A DNA stretch of 54,232 nt from Acidobacteriota bacterium (lineage in GTDB: Bacteria; Acidobacteriota; UBA6911; RPQK01; JADFOI01). This document shows positions 27,946-36,593 of the stretch, piece after piece; the stretch's first letter is position 1, and each line of letters opens with the position of its first letter. The translations under genes were made by a program, and so were the position numbers. Where the stretch lies: NCBI GenBank assembly GCA_022562935.1, contig JADFOI010000004.1, forward strand, positions 1 through 54,232, given 5' to 3'. Below the pieces are notes generated by a model, which searched no databases, was not told the origin of the DNA, and saw only the letters and a list, made by a program, of their open reading frames with translations.

Positions 27946-28293
27946 TCAGTGCTCTTCAGTGGTCGTCTCTGCCCAACTGGGATGCGGAGCCATGAAGACC
28001 AGACAAATCAAACGCTTGTTGCTGGTATTTTCCACTCCATGAAGCTCATCCGAGAAGGCACACGTGATTTCCCCCGACCTGAGTAAGCGCGTTTCCTGGC
28101 CGATGGTGAAAGAGCCTTCCCCTTCCACGACGTAGTAGATCTTGTCGTTCCCCTTATGGCTATGGATTTTCTGCATCTGCCCAGGTTCCAGGCAATAGAG
28201 GTCGCAAAACATCCGCGGACTCTCAAAGAGATTCACCTTCTGCATTTTCTCGGAACTGAATTGAACCGCTTCGGTGATCGTTCTTACTTCCAT
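27946..28293 (-). CDS. Cupin domain protein
   Basis: PGQMQKIHSH..DKIYYVVEGEG..HGVEN. Confidence 0.88.
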   Translation of the reverse strand: MEVRTITEAVQFSSEKMQKVNLFESPRMFCDLYCLEPGQMQKIHSHKGNDKIYYVVEGEGSFTIGQETRLLRSGEITCAFSDELHGVENTSNKRLICLVFMAPHPSWAETTTEEH

Positions 28294-28316
28294 AAACAGC
28301 ATTGTATCTTGAACCG

Positions 28317-28500
28317 CTAGCCCGGACTATGCATAGATTCTCTACTGCAGCGACGAAATCATCCGGCGTGCTGCACCGCCTGCGTGACCCGCAGCAGGTG
28401 CCCCCGACCCGCAAAGCGGGTGTCCCCGCGCGTGGCGCAACGCACCCAGATCGGCGCTTTCGTCGCTTCGTGACAAGAACCTGTGCATAGTCCGGGCTTG
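28317..28500 (+). repeat. MITE-like element, family 1 (copy J)
   Basis: CTAGCCCGGACTATGCATAG ... CTGTGCATAGTCCGGGCTTG with the family core. Confidence 0.9.
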
Positions 28501-28536
28501 GAGTTCTACATAGAGAGAGCCAGCCAGTAAGCTAAG

Positions 28537-29769
28537 ATGCCAGATAACATGATCACCTTTCACCGGGTTAAAGAGTTTTTCGGCCTGCAAAAGAGCATGG
28601 TCGGGCTTTTGGCGATGGTGGTGCTGGTGGGGATGGGCGAGAAAATGGGGGAGCGGTTTCTCCCCATTTACCTGATCACCCTGGGGGGTGGTGCTCTTTC
28701 CGTTGGGCTGCTCAGCGGCATGGACAATCTGTTGTCGGCTCTCTATTCCTTCCCCGGAGGATACCTGGCCGACCGGCTGGGCACCAAACGGGCGCTGCTG
28801 GTTTTCAACCTTATTGCCATGGTGGGATTTGTCGTGGTCATCCTGATTCCTGCCTGGCAGGCGGTCATCGTGGGATCCGTCTTCTTTTTGAGCTGGACGG
28901 CCATTTCGCTGCCGGCAACGATGGGACTGGTTGCCCAAGTGCTTCCCAAAAACAGACGCACCATGGGAGTCACCATGCACTCTCTGGTGCGCCGCTTCCC
29001 GATGGCCCTGGGTCCGCTCGTGGGTGGAGTCTGCATCGACATCTGGGGCCGTGTGAACGGCATCCGTATTGCTTTCATCGGGGCCCTGGCCATGGCCGTG
29101 GTCGCTGCTATCGTGCAGCAGATCCTGATTAAAGAGGATGCCAGGGACCAAGAGGCTCAAGCCACAAAATCACAAGCCGAGAAAAACCCCTTCCGACTGC
29201 TCCGGGAAATGACCCCCAAGCTGCGCAATCTGCTCATCTCCGATATCCTCATCCGTTTTTGCGAGCAGATTCCTTACGCTTTCGTGGTCCTATGGTGCAT
29301 GGAGGTCATAACCATGCCTGTGACCGGCCTGCAGTTTGGTCTTCTGACCACGGTGGAAATGGCAACCGCCCTCTTGATCTATATACCGGTCGCCTACCTT
29401 GCCGATCGAGGCCACAAAAAGCCCTTCGTCCAGATGACCTTCGTGTTCTTTACCCTGTTTCCCCTGGTGCTCTTGTTCTGCCATTCCTTCTGGCCACTGG
29501 CGGGAGCATTCGTTCTTCGTGGGCTCAAGGAGTTTGGCGAACCCACTCGCAAGGCACTCATCATGGACCTGGCTCCGGAGAACCGTAAAGCCGGAATGTT
29601 CGGGCTCTATTATCTGCTGCGGGACGTGGTTGTTTCAGTGGCAGCCTTTGGCGGAGCCTATCTTTGGATCATTGGTCCTGCAGTGAACCTGTGGGTGGCT
29701 TTTGGCTTCGGCGTGCTGGGCACTTGCTGGTTCACCTGGAAGGGCCAAGACCTGTCTGACCTCCCCTAG
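28537..29769 (+). CDS. MFS transporter
   Basis: Motif A GGYLADRLGTKR, repeated as YLADRGHKK; about 12 hydrophobic segments. Confidence 0.92.
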   Translation: MPDNMITFHRVKEFFGLQKSMVGLLAMVVLVGMGEKMGERFLPIYLITLGGGALSVGLLSGMDNLLSALYSFPGGYLADRLGTKRALLVFNLIAMVGFVVVILIPAWQAVIVGSVFFLSWTAISLPATMGLVAQVLPKNRRTMGVTMHSLVRRFPMALGPLVGGVCIDIWGRVNGIRIAFIGALAMAVVAAIVQQILIKEDARDQEAQATKSQAEKNPFRLLREMTPKLRNLLISDILIRFCEQIPYAFVVLWCMEVITMPVTGLQFGLLTTVEMATALLIYIPVAYLADRGHKKPFVQMTFVFFTLFPLVLLFCHSFWPLAGAFVLRGLKEFGEPTRKALIMDLAPENRKAGMFGLYYLLRDVVVSVAAFGGAYLWIIGPAVNLWVAFGFGVLGTCWFTWKGQDLSDLP

Positions 29770-29941
29770 CCAGGGTTATGCATAAATTGTCTACTGCAGT
29801 GCCGCAATCATCCGGCGTGCTGCACCGACTGCGCGACCCGCAAGCGGGTACCCCCGACCCGCAAGCGGGTGCCCTCGCACGCCTGGTCATCGTAGCGCCT
29901 GCGCCACTTCGTTACGAAAACCTACGCATAATCCCGGCTGC
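29766..29941 (+). repeat. MITE-like element, family 1 (copy K)
   Basis: CTAGCCAGGGTTATGCATA ... TACGCATAATCCCGGCTG; the left TAG is the MFS stop codon. Confidence 0.88.
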
Positions 29942-29999
29942 ACCCCGTAATCGCCGTCACCAACTCAGAGGTACACCCGGCAGTAGAATCAACATCGAG

Positions 30000-31247
30000 A
30001 TGTGGACCTTGAAAGCCTGCTCCGAGACAAACCGGGCGAAGCTGAGCCCCTATTGGGCGAAGTGCTTCACCGCTCTCTGGCTGTTCACAGCCCCTTCTGT
30101 GGCCTTGGGCTTTGCCCAGGGGACGGGGGAGCCGCAGGAAGAATCGCCTGCTGAGGGAGCGCTGGAGAAAATCGAAAAGGCGACGCGCTTCTTGGGAAAC
30201 ATCACACGGAGTTGGAAGGGTGTCCGTTTTGCACCTGGAGATTTCCCTGCGGGTGCCGGCTTTGTCTACGGTGTCGGCTACACCCCTTTTGAGCCGGATG
30301 CCCTGGCGGGCGACGTGGAATTGCCCAACCGAGCCGACGTTGACCTTATGGCTTCCTATAGCACGCGTCAGTATTACCAGGTCGGTTTCGACCTAATCTT
30401 GCGTACCCTCAGCGGTGTCCCCTTAAACCTGGCCTTTCAGGTCAAAGCCAACGAATTCCCCCAAGAGGATTTTTTCGGCTTCGGTCCAGCGAGCCGTGAG
30501 CAGGACCGGACAAACTACCTCATGAGATCCCTGGAGGTTGGAGCAGAGCTTCAATTCAGGCCTTTCAAAAGATGGAGTGTAGCAGGAGGCATGACCCATT
30601 TGAGTCCCCGTATCGGTTCGGGCAGGGACGATCGCTTTCTCTCCACCGAAGAGCTCTTCGATGAGACCACCCTTCCCGGATTCCAAAGGCAGCCGGATTT
30701 CTGGCGCTACTACGGATCTTTGCGTTACGACTACCGGGACCAACCCTCCAATCCCCGTGTGGGTGGATTTTACGGGGGACGCTTATCCAGTTATCGGGAC
30801 CGGGATCTGGACACCTTTCACTTTCGTCACTTCGAGGGAGATTTACAGCAATTTGTTCCCCTCCCCAAAAGATCGGTGATTGCTCTGCGCATCAACCTAG
30901 TGATGACCGATTTCAGCACCGGCAACGCCGTACCGTTCTACTACATGCCGACGCTGGGGGGTGGGGAGAAGCTTCGCGGCTTCCGGGAGTTTAGATTCCG
31001 TGACCTCAACAGCTTGCTCCTGACCGCCGAGTACCGATGGCAGGCCTGGCCCTCCCTCAACATGACCCTGTTTGTGGATGCAGGTAAGGTCACCTTCGAT
31101 CACGCCGATCTGCATTTCAAGAATCTGGAAACCACCTACGGTATTGGATTTCGCTTCCATAGCCCCGAGGCCCTCCTGCTGCGACTGGACCTGGCCTTCA
31201 GTCGGGAGGGAGTCATCCCCCTCTTCAGATACAGCCATGTCTTCTGA
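30000..31247 (+). CDS. Omp85/BamA-TamA family outer-membrane barrel without obvious POTRA domains; start uncertain
   Basis: YDYRD..NP..G, LGGGEKLRGF...RFRD, AEYRW, FVDAGKV and YGIGFRF; C-terminal Phe. Confidence 0.85.
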   Translation: MWTLKACSETNRAKLSPYWAKCFTALWLFTAPSVALGFAQGTGEPQEESPAEGALEKIEKATRFLGNITRSWKGVRFAPGDFPAGAGFVYGVGYTPFEPDALAGDVELPNRADVDLMASYSTRQYYQVGFDLILRTLSGVPLNLAFQVKANEFPQEDFFGFGPASREQDRTNYLMRSLEVGAELQFRPFKRWSVAGGMTHLSPRIGSGRDDRFLSTEELFDETTLPGFQRQPDFWRYYGSLRYDYRDQPSNPRVGGFYGGRLSSYRDRDLDTFHFRHFEGDLQQFVPLPKRSVIALRINLVMTDFSTGNAVPFYYMPTLGGGEKLRGFREFRFRDLNSLLLTAEYRWQAWPSLNMTLFVDAGKVTFDHADLHFKNLETTYGIGFRFHSPEALLLRLDLAFSREGVIPLFRYSHVF

Positions 31248-31272
31248 GGGCGCCAGAAGGGGCAGGTGACGA

Positions 31273-32238
31273 TCAACAGCTGAATCGCTGGACGTTGAGA
31301 ATTCCATTCCAGGGGGCGATGGCGATGGAAACGTTGCCCAAGCATTTGGCCTGGCAGGCCAGACGGATGGGGGGATGAGTTTCCTGCTCGGAGTTGCCAA
31401 AGTCATAGCCGAAATATTTCAAGCGCTTTTTTTCGAATTTACTGATTTCGGACAACTTTTCCTTCCCGCCCAGAACACCAATCCAGCAGGTTCCACAGTT
31501 TGCGACACGGCATTGAAAAGGTATCGGTCCTCCAATACGTCGCGGGTCAATCGACTGATAGTCTCTCTCATCCTTCCCGGCCGCCATGGAAATATCCTGT
31601 CCATGGATGGCCTGGAAACAGGCTGACTTATCCTGCTCGTTGAAGGTGACCGTATACCTGGCATCCACGGTACGTAAAAATCCCAAGAGCCCTCCCCTTT
31701 TTCTGGAACGGGCTCTTAACACCCGCTCGGGAGAGGATTTTCTGTGAGGAGTCTTCAGGGAAGTCGCGGAAAAAGCCTCCGTCCCAATCTGTTGCAGAAC
31801 CATCAGGGCGACGGCCGTGATCCCAAGGAGATGAGACTCAGGAACTCGAAGCTTGGAGGCAATCTGTTTTGCGATGGCCTGGATCTGATCGGTCAGGCTG
31901 CCATCACGGAATATCGAACTCTCGGCATAAGTGCAAACCACTTCGTTAACCTCAGACCAGTATCGAGAGCCGTAGAGAAAGTCGAGTGAGGAATCGACTT
32001 GTTTCTCGAGCCGGTAGCCACCTCTGAGCTCCAGCTTCTGGGCTATTTTCTCGAGATCGTCGGACTCCTGGACAATCTGATGGAGCTGCAAAGGCCAAAA
32101 GGCAAACCAAATGCGAGTGGCATCCTGATCGACCGGGTGAACCAACGGCAGGAGAATATCCAGCGCCTCGCTCCACGATTTGTCATCCTGCTGAGCAAGA
32201 AAAGACTCGAAAGCGTTTGGTTTTTGATTAGCGTCCAT
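31273..32238 (-). CDS. Protein with a C-terminal 2Fe-2S ferredoxin-type domain and an unknown N-terminal domain
   Basis: C-x4-C-x2-C (CRVANCGTC) and RLACQ. Confidence 0.8.
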   Translation of the reverse strand: MDANQKPNAFESFLAQQDDKSWSEALDILLPLVHPVDQDATRIWFAFWPLQLHQIVQESDDLEKIAQKLELRGGYRLEKQVDSSLDFLYGSRYWSEVNEVVCTYAESSIFRDGSLTDQIQAIAKQIASKLRVPESHLLGITAVALMVLQQIGTEAFSATSLKTPHRKSSPERVLRARSRKRGGLLGFLRTVDARYTVTFNEQDKSACFQAIHGQDISMAAGKDERDYQSIDPRRIGGPIPFQCRVANCGTCWIGVLGGKEKLSEISKFEKKRLKYFGYDFGNSEQETHPPIRLACQAKCLGNVSIAIAPWNGILNVQRFSC

Positions 32239-32315
32239 AATCCTTACCTGAAGTCGAGCCGCTTGATCGGAACCCCACGATCGGCGGAGGCAACAGGATA
32301 GCATGGCAGGACCGA

Positions 32316-32345
32316 CTAGGCCGGATTATACATCATCCGGGCTAG
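32316..32345. repeat. Minimal (ends-only) family-1 element
   Basis: CTAGGCCGGATTATACATCATCCGGGCTAG; the right CTA is the stop codon of the SPOR gene. Confidence 0.7.
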
Positions 32346-33136
32346 GGCCGATGGGGGACGATCCAGACTTTAGGTATCCTTTGGGGTAAACGGCTGCGCA
32401 GGTTCAAGGCCGCTTCTCGAGCCCCCTCTTCTGTAAGGAACGGCCCCACGCGCACACGATAGTAACGACCTGATCCTGGAATATCGGCCTCAAACACCTG
32501 CACGGGATAGCCAGCGTCTTGCAGTACCGTCCGTAACTCCTCGGCTTTCGGGCGTGCTCGGAAAGACCCCACCTGCACGGCAAAACCCGTAGTCTGGGTA
32601 CTAGGGGAACCCAACTGGCTCGCCAATGGCTGCTCAGCCGAGGATGGTGGGGTCTCGGCCTCAGGCGCAGTGCTATCACGGGTGTTTATTGTTTCGGGAG
32701 TAGAAGGTTCAATCGGTGCCCGGCTTCGGACCTCTGGAGGTTCAGGTGGGGCCTCCCTCTTTACTTCTCCCGAGCCTGCTTCAGCTTCTAGTGTGAAATC
32801 CACTATCACTTCATCTGCCCTGCTTCTGAGTGGCACCCCTCGAACCTCAGTCTTGAAACCAGACAAGGAGGCGGTAAGGAGGTAACTTCCCAACGGCAAA
32901 GTCGGCACTCTGTACTTTCCTTCCTTCCCCGTGACCTCGGACCAATTGTTTCCAGTGTTGAGATATCTTGCCGTAATCTGTACACCGATCAGGGGTGTCC
33001 CCGCCTCATCGGTCACCGTTCCCGAAACGGCTGCTGTCGCGATCTGGGCCCAGGCCATGCTGGACACCCACACCACAAAAATCAGGCTTCTGATGAACAT
33101 CATCTCCCCCGCAATCGCCATTATATACCCACCCAA
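32342..33136 (-). CDS. Secreted carboxypeptidase-regulatory-like + SPOR domain protein
   Basis: Signal peptide; VSGTVTDEAG..G.Y...LPLGSY.LTASLSGFK; Pro-rich linker; SPOR FAVQVGSF..YYRVRVGPF. Confidence 0.85.
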   Translation of the reverse strand: MGGYIMAIAGEMMFIRSLIFVVWVSSMAWAQIATAAVSGTVTDEAGTPLIGVQITARYLNTGNNWSEVTGKEGKYRVPTLPLGSYLLTASLSGFKTEVRGVPLRSRADEVIVDFTLEAEAGSGEVKREAPPEPPEVRSRAPIEPSTPETINTRDSTAPEAETPPSSAEQPLASQLGSPSTQTTGFAVQVGSFRARPKAEELRTVLQDAGYPVQVFEADIPGSGRYYRVRVGPFLTEEGAREAALNLRSRLPQRIPKVWIVPHRP

Positions 33137-33180
33137 TGATGAGCCTGTACAAGCTCACTCGAATTAATCGGTTTTGAGTT

Positions 33181-33414
33181 CTAGTGTCTCGTCCCATGAA
33201 TACCATGACGTTTGCTGATGGGGCTTGCGAGGAAAGATCAAGGAGCGAGGAGGAGGTGATGCAGGGACATCGACGACGACAAGCGACGCAGAGATCGCCC
33301 GCAACCCCCATCAGCCCGAAGGGTGGCGGCGGGACAGCGTCGATTTCTATGTGGCGAACTCGACGCCGTCGCACTCGCCACAACCGTCATGGTATTCATG
33401 GGACGAGACACTCA
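33181..33414 (+). repeat. MITE-like element, family 2 (copy H)
   Basis: Perfect 28-bp terminal IR AGTGTCTCGTCCCATGAATACCATGACG. Confidence 0.9.
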
Positions 33415-33450
33415 CCTTGTCAGTACCCAATAGTAAGATCTATAAATCCT

Positions 33451-35115
33451 ATGGCAGAAGGAGTTCAACCGAGGAAGGCTCACACGGTTGCGATCGCCAG
33501 CGGAAAGGGTGGCGTTGGCAAGACGGTCATTACCGCCAATCTCTCTCTCAGCCTGGCCCAACAGTTCGGCACAAGAAACCGCCCTGTTGTCGCCATTGAT
33601 CTCGATTTAGGCTGCGGAAACCTGAATTCCTGTCTCGGTGTCCGTTCCCCTAATGGGACAATCAACAGCTTCCTTTCCAGGAAGGTACCCTCCCTTCGGC
33701 ACCTCCTGACTCCGACCCCACAGAAGCACTTGCACATGATCTGTTCTTCCTACAGTGGTTCGCCCGAGATGGCCCTCACCGACAGTTTAAAAAAGAAACT
33801 CTTGGATGAAGCCAGCGGCCTTGAAGCAAGTTGGGTTTTGATGGACCTGGGAGCCGGGACTTCGGGGGATGTCTTGGATCTGTTTTTGGGAGCCACCGAA
33901 AAAATCATCGTCATCACGCCTGAAGCACTTTCTCTTCACAACGCCTTCCTTTTCCTGAAAACATTGATTCTTCACTATCTCTGGCGTGAACTGGGCAAAG
34001 AAAGCCTCCTCTCCTCGGTGAAACCCACCTGGCAGAAACTGATCGATGATCGACAGGGCATCAGCATTCCCGAGCTGATCGATGGCATTAGGGATTGGGA
34101 CCGCTACGCAGCCTATGTTTTGACGGGTCTGATCGACGATCTCAAAATTAAGTTCCTGGTTAACCAGTACCGAGGAAGCTCAGAAAACTCACATCTCAAG
34201 AATTTCCATCACCTTCTGTTTAAATACCTGTGTGTGCGGACCAACATCAGCTACCTCGGCTTTGTGTACTTCGACGAAGGAGTCCGAAAGTCGGTCCAGG
34301 CAATCAAGCCCTTCTTGCTGGACTGCCCGGAAAATCAGGCAGCCCAAGATCTCAGGGAGTTGGCTAAGCGTCTGGCCGAAGATGAAGAGATGGATACCAC
34401 CCCTCCTTTGCACCTTCCCGAAGAAACCGAGTCTTTCTCGTCCGAACACCCGCAGGATTCGGTGGTCAATGGTTTTGTGGGGTGGGCTGGGGATCCGGTT
34501 CAACAGCCGGAAAATGGCAGAGGGACCGAAGTCACCGATCTGGCTGAGGATCCGGCCGAGGAAGAACAGCTAGATGCCACCACCCCTTTGCGTGTCCATG
34601 AAGAAGTGGGGCCGCTTTCGACCGAACTCTCCTCGGGTGGGGTAAGCGGGGATCTCATCGAGCTCGCTAAGAACCTTGATCAGAAACTGCATAACGGCGC
34701 AAGCATTGAAACTACGCCCTTGGCTGAGAGTCTGAGACCGACGGATCATCCTGGCTCAGAGACCGAAATCTCCGGCCTGGCTGAGGGTCAGGGTCGGCGA
34801 AATGGCGAAGGTATCGAAGTCACCGACCTGGCTGAAGATCTGATCCAGGAAGAAGAGCTGGATACCTCCTCTCCTTTGCACTTCCATGAAGAAGTGGGGC
34901 CACTTTCGAGCGATCTCCCTTCAGATCAGACCGACACCAATATCACCCCTGTGACGGAGCCATTGAAAGAAGAGGCCTCGGCCTCCTACCTTTCGGAAGA
35001 TTTGGCGGCCCAAGATATCCTGGAGTTGGCGAAGCACATGGCGGAGACACAAGAAAGCTCAGTCGAAGACATCCTGGCATTGGCCGAGCGCCTGGCCAGA
35101 AAAGAGGCTTCCTAG
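33451..35115 (+). CDS. MinD/FlhG-like ATPase with an acidic repetitive C-terminal tail
   Basis: Deviant Walker A SGKGGVGKT, DLDLGCGNL and MDLGAG; C-terminal duplicated acidic segments. The ORF-track extension to 33184 lies in repeat H. Confidence 0.85.
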   Translation: MAEGVQPRKAHTVAIASGKGGVGKTVITANLSLSLAQQFGTRNRPVVAIDLDLGCGNLNSCLGVRSPNGTINSFLSRKVPSLRHLLTPTPQKHLHMICSSYSGSPEMALTDSLKKKLLDEASGLEASWVLMDLGAGTSGDVLDLFLGATEKIIVITPEALSLHNAFLFLKTLILHYLWRELGKESLLSSVKPTWQKLIDDRQGISIPELIDGIRDWDRYAAYVLTGLIDDLKIKFLVNQYRGSSENSHLKNFHHLLFKYLCVRTNISYLGFVYFDEGVRKSVQAIKPFLLDCPENQAAQDLRELAKRLAEDEEMDTTPPLHLPEETESFSSEHPQDSVVNGFVGWAGDPVQQPENGRGTEVTDLAEDPAEEEQLDATTPLRVHEEVGPLSTELSSGGVSGDLIELAKNLDQKLHNGASIETTPLAESLRPTDHPGSETEISGLAEGQGRRNGEGIEVTDLAEDLIQEEELDTSSPLHFHEEVGPLSSDLPSDQTDTNITPVTEPLKEEASASYLSEDLAAQDILELAKHMAETQESSVEDILALAERLARKEAS

Positions 35116-35137
35116 CAAGCCACAATCTCATTAGATT

Positions 35138-36418
35138 TTACGGCTCATAGGGAATAATCCAGGTATCCCGTACCAGCCTCGGGAACCTCCTGCGCAGGTT
35201 CGACCCTAACTCTCTCGCTTCCTCCCGAGTGGGAAACTGCCCTACGCGAACTCGAAAGTAAGAAACGGATTCTGTCCTATCGGGCTCGAAAATATTGGCT
35301 GTATACCCCTCGTTTTGCAGTACGGCCAGCAACTCTTCGGCTTGCAGGCGTGTTCGGAAAGCCGCGATTTGCACGGTAAATTCCACAGTTTCACTCCCAG
35401 GAAAACCAGGCTGGTCTGTCGTTACGTGTTCAATAAGGAGTGGTGACCGCTCGACGGGAACCATAGGAGAGTCGATGTCGATGTCCATCACCTTCTCCGG
35501 GGTGGGCAACAATGGCTCCGGCGGCTCGGAGGGCTCCCGGGGCTCCTCCAATTCCTCATACTCTCCCGTCCTCCTTTTGAGGAGGCGGAGCTCGCTCAAA
35601 GCCTGAGCGACTTGAGGATGGTCCGCTCCCAACTTCTTTTCCCCGATCAATAAGGCACGTTCATAGAGTCGGACCGCCTCCTCGTATTCACCGGTCATAT
35701 TGTGCAGCCTGCCCAGTTCAGTAAGGGTTCGAGCGAGCTCGATGTGCTCCGGTCCCAAAGCGTTCTCTCGAATAGCCAGCGACCTTTCGAAATGCTTCCG
35801 TGCCTGTGCATAGTCCCCTGTGTCTCGAAACAATGTTCCAAGCCGCTCAAGTGCCGGGGTCACCTCTACATGATCGGCTCCCAAGGTTTCTTCGCGGATG
35901 GCGAGAGCCTCTCGGCTCAGAAGGAGGGCTTCTGTATATTGACGCTGAGTGCCATAGAGAAAGGACAACTCGAGGAGACCTTCGACCATCTCCAAACGGC
36001 TCTCATCCCCAGCATTTTTCATGATCGTAAGTGCCTTCTCCAGCAGCGGCTGAGCTTGCTCATAGAGACCGAGAGAGCTGTAGATCCGACCCAAGGTTTG
36101 CATCATCTGAGCCCGCATGAGGGGTTGATCGGGTAGTTCCCGCTCGATTGTCTCCACGCCCCTATCGAGGATCTCCCTTGCCGTGATCGTGTTTCCCCGG
36201 TCCTCGCTGGGATCTGGCACCTCAAACAGACTGACCAGAAAATCCGACATCTGACGGGCATCTTCGACCTTCTGGCGGATCACTCGTTCCGATTGAACCG
36301 CCCGAATCAGTCCGATGCTCGTCCCGGCAATCCCAATGAAGAGGGCCAAAACCACTAAAACCCCTGCCTTCACCTCGCCTCTGCTCCCTTCGCCTTGCTC
36401 CTTGATCTCCCCTCGCAA
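35138..36418 (-). CDS. TM-TPR-SPOR protein, probably 5'-truncated
   Basis: TM, then FLVSLFEVPDP..ITAREILDRG..QP..RA..TLG.IY.SLGLYEQA, then kinesin-light-chain-type TPRs (LGADH/LGPEH) and a C-terminal SPOR. The first ~19 codons come from a repeat. Confidence 0.8.
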   Translation of the reverse strand: MRGEIKEQGEGSRGEVKAGVLVVLALFIGIAGTSIGLIRAVQSERVIRQKVEDARQMSDFLVSLFEVPDPSEDRGNTITAREILDRGVETIERELPDQPLMRAQMMQTLGRIYSSLGLYEQAQPLLEKALTIMKNAGDESRLEMVEGLLELSFLYGTQRQYTEALLLSREALAIREETLGADHVEVTPALERLGTLFRDTGDYAQARKHFERSLAIRENALGPEHIELARTLTELGRLHNMTGEYEEAVRLYERALLIGEKKLGADHPQVAQALSELRLLKRRTGEYEELEEPREPSEPPEPLLPTPEKVMDIDIDSPMVPVERSPLLIEHVTTDQPGFPGSETVEFTVQIAAFRTRLQAEELLAVLQNEGYTANIFEPDRTESVSYFRVRVGQFPTREEARELGSNLRRRFPRLVRDTWIIPYEP

Positions 36419-36462
36419 GCCCCATCAGCAAACGTCATGGTATTCATGGGACGAGACACTAG
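36361..36462 (-). repeat. Truncated family-2 element (copy I, one end only)
   Basis: 36411-36462 is the exact reverse complement of 33181-33232 (52 bp). Confidence 0.9.
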
Positions 36463-36593
36463 CTAGAGGGTAGACCTCCAGGAGGTTTATGGCAATTTGA
36501 AAAGAGAGCAGTTCTCCACCGTACCTGCTAAATTCCCCCGTTTCTGTCACAGCAAGGCAGTATAGTGGCTGTTCGGCGGACTGGAGGTTCCTT

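Noticed and set aside
28302-28490. Recurrent small ORFs (MHK/RFSTAATKSSG..RRFVTR) at 10712, 13385, 28302 and 47466 as a peptide family
   Set aside because: The similarity is explained by the DNA repeat, and indels between copies do not consistently preserve the frame.
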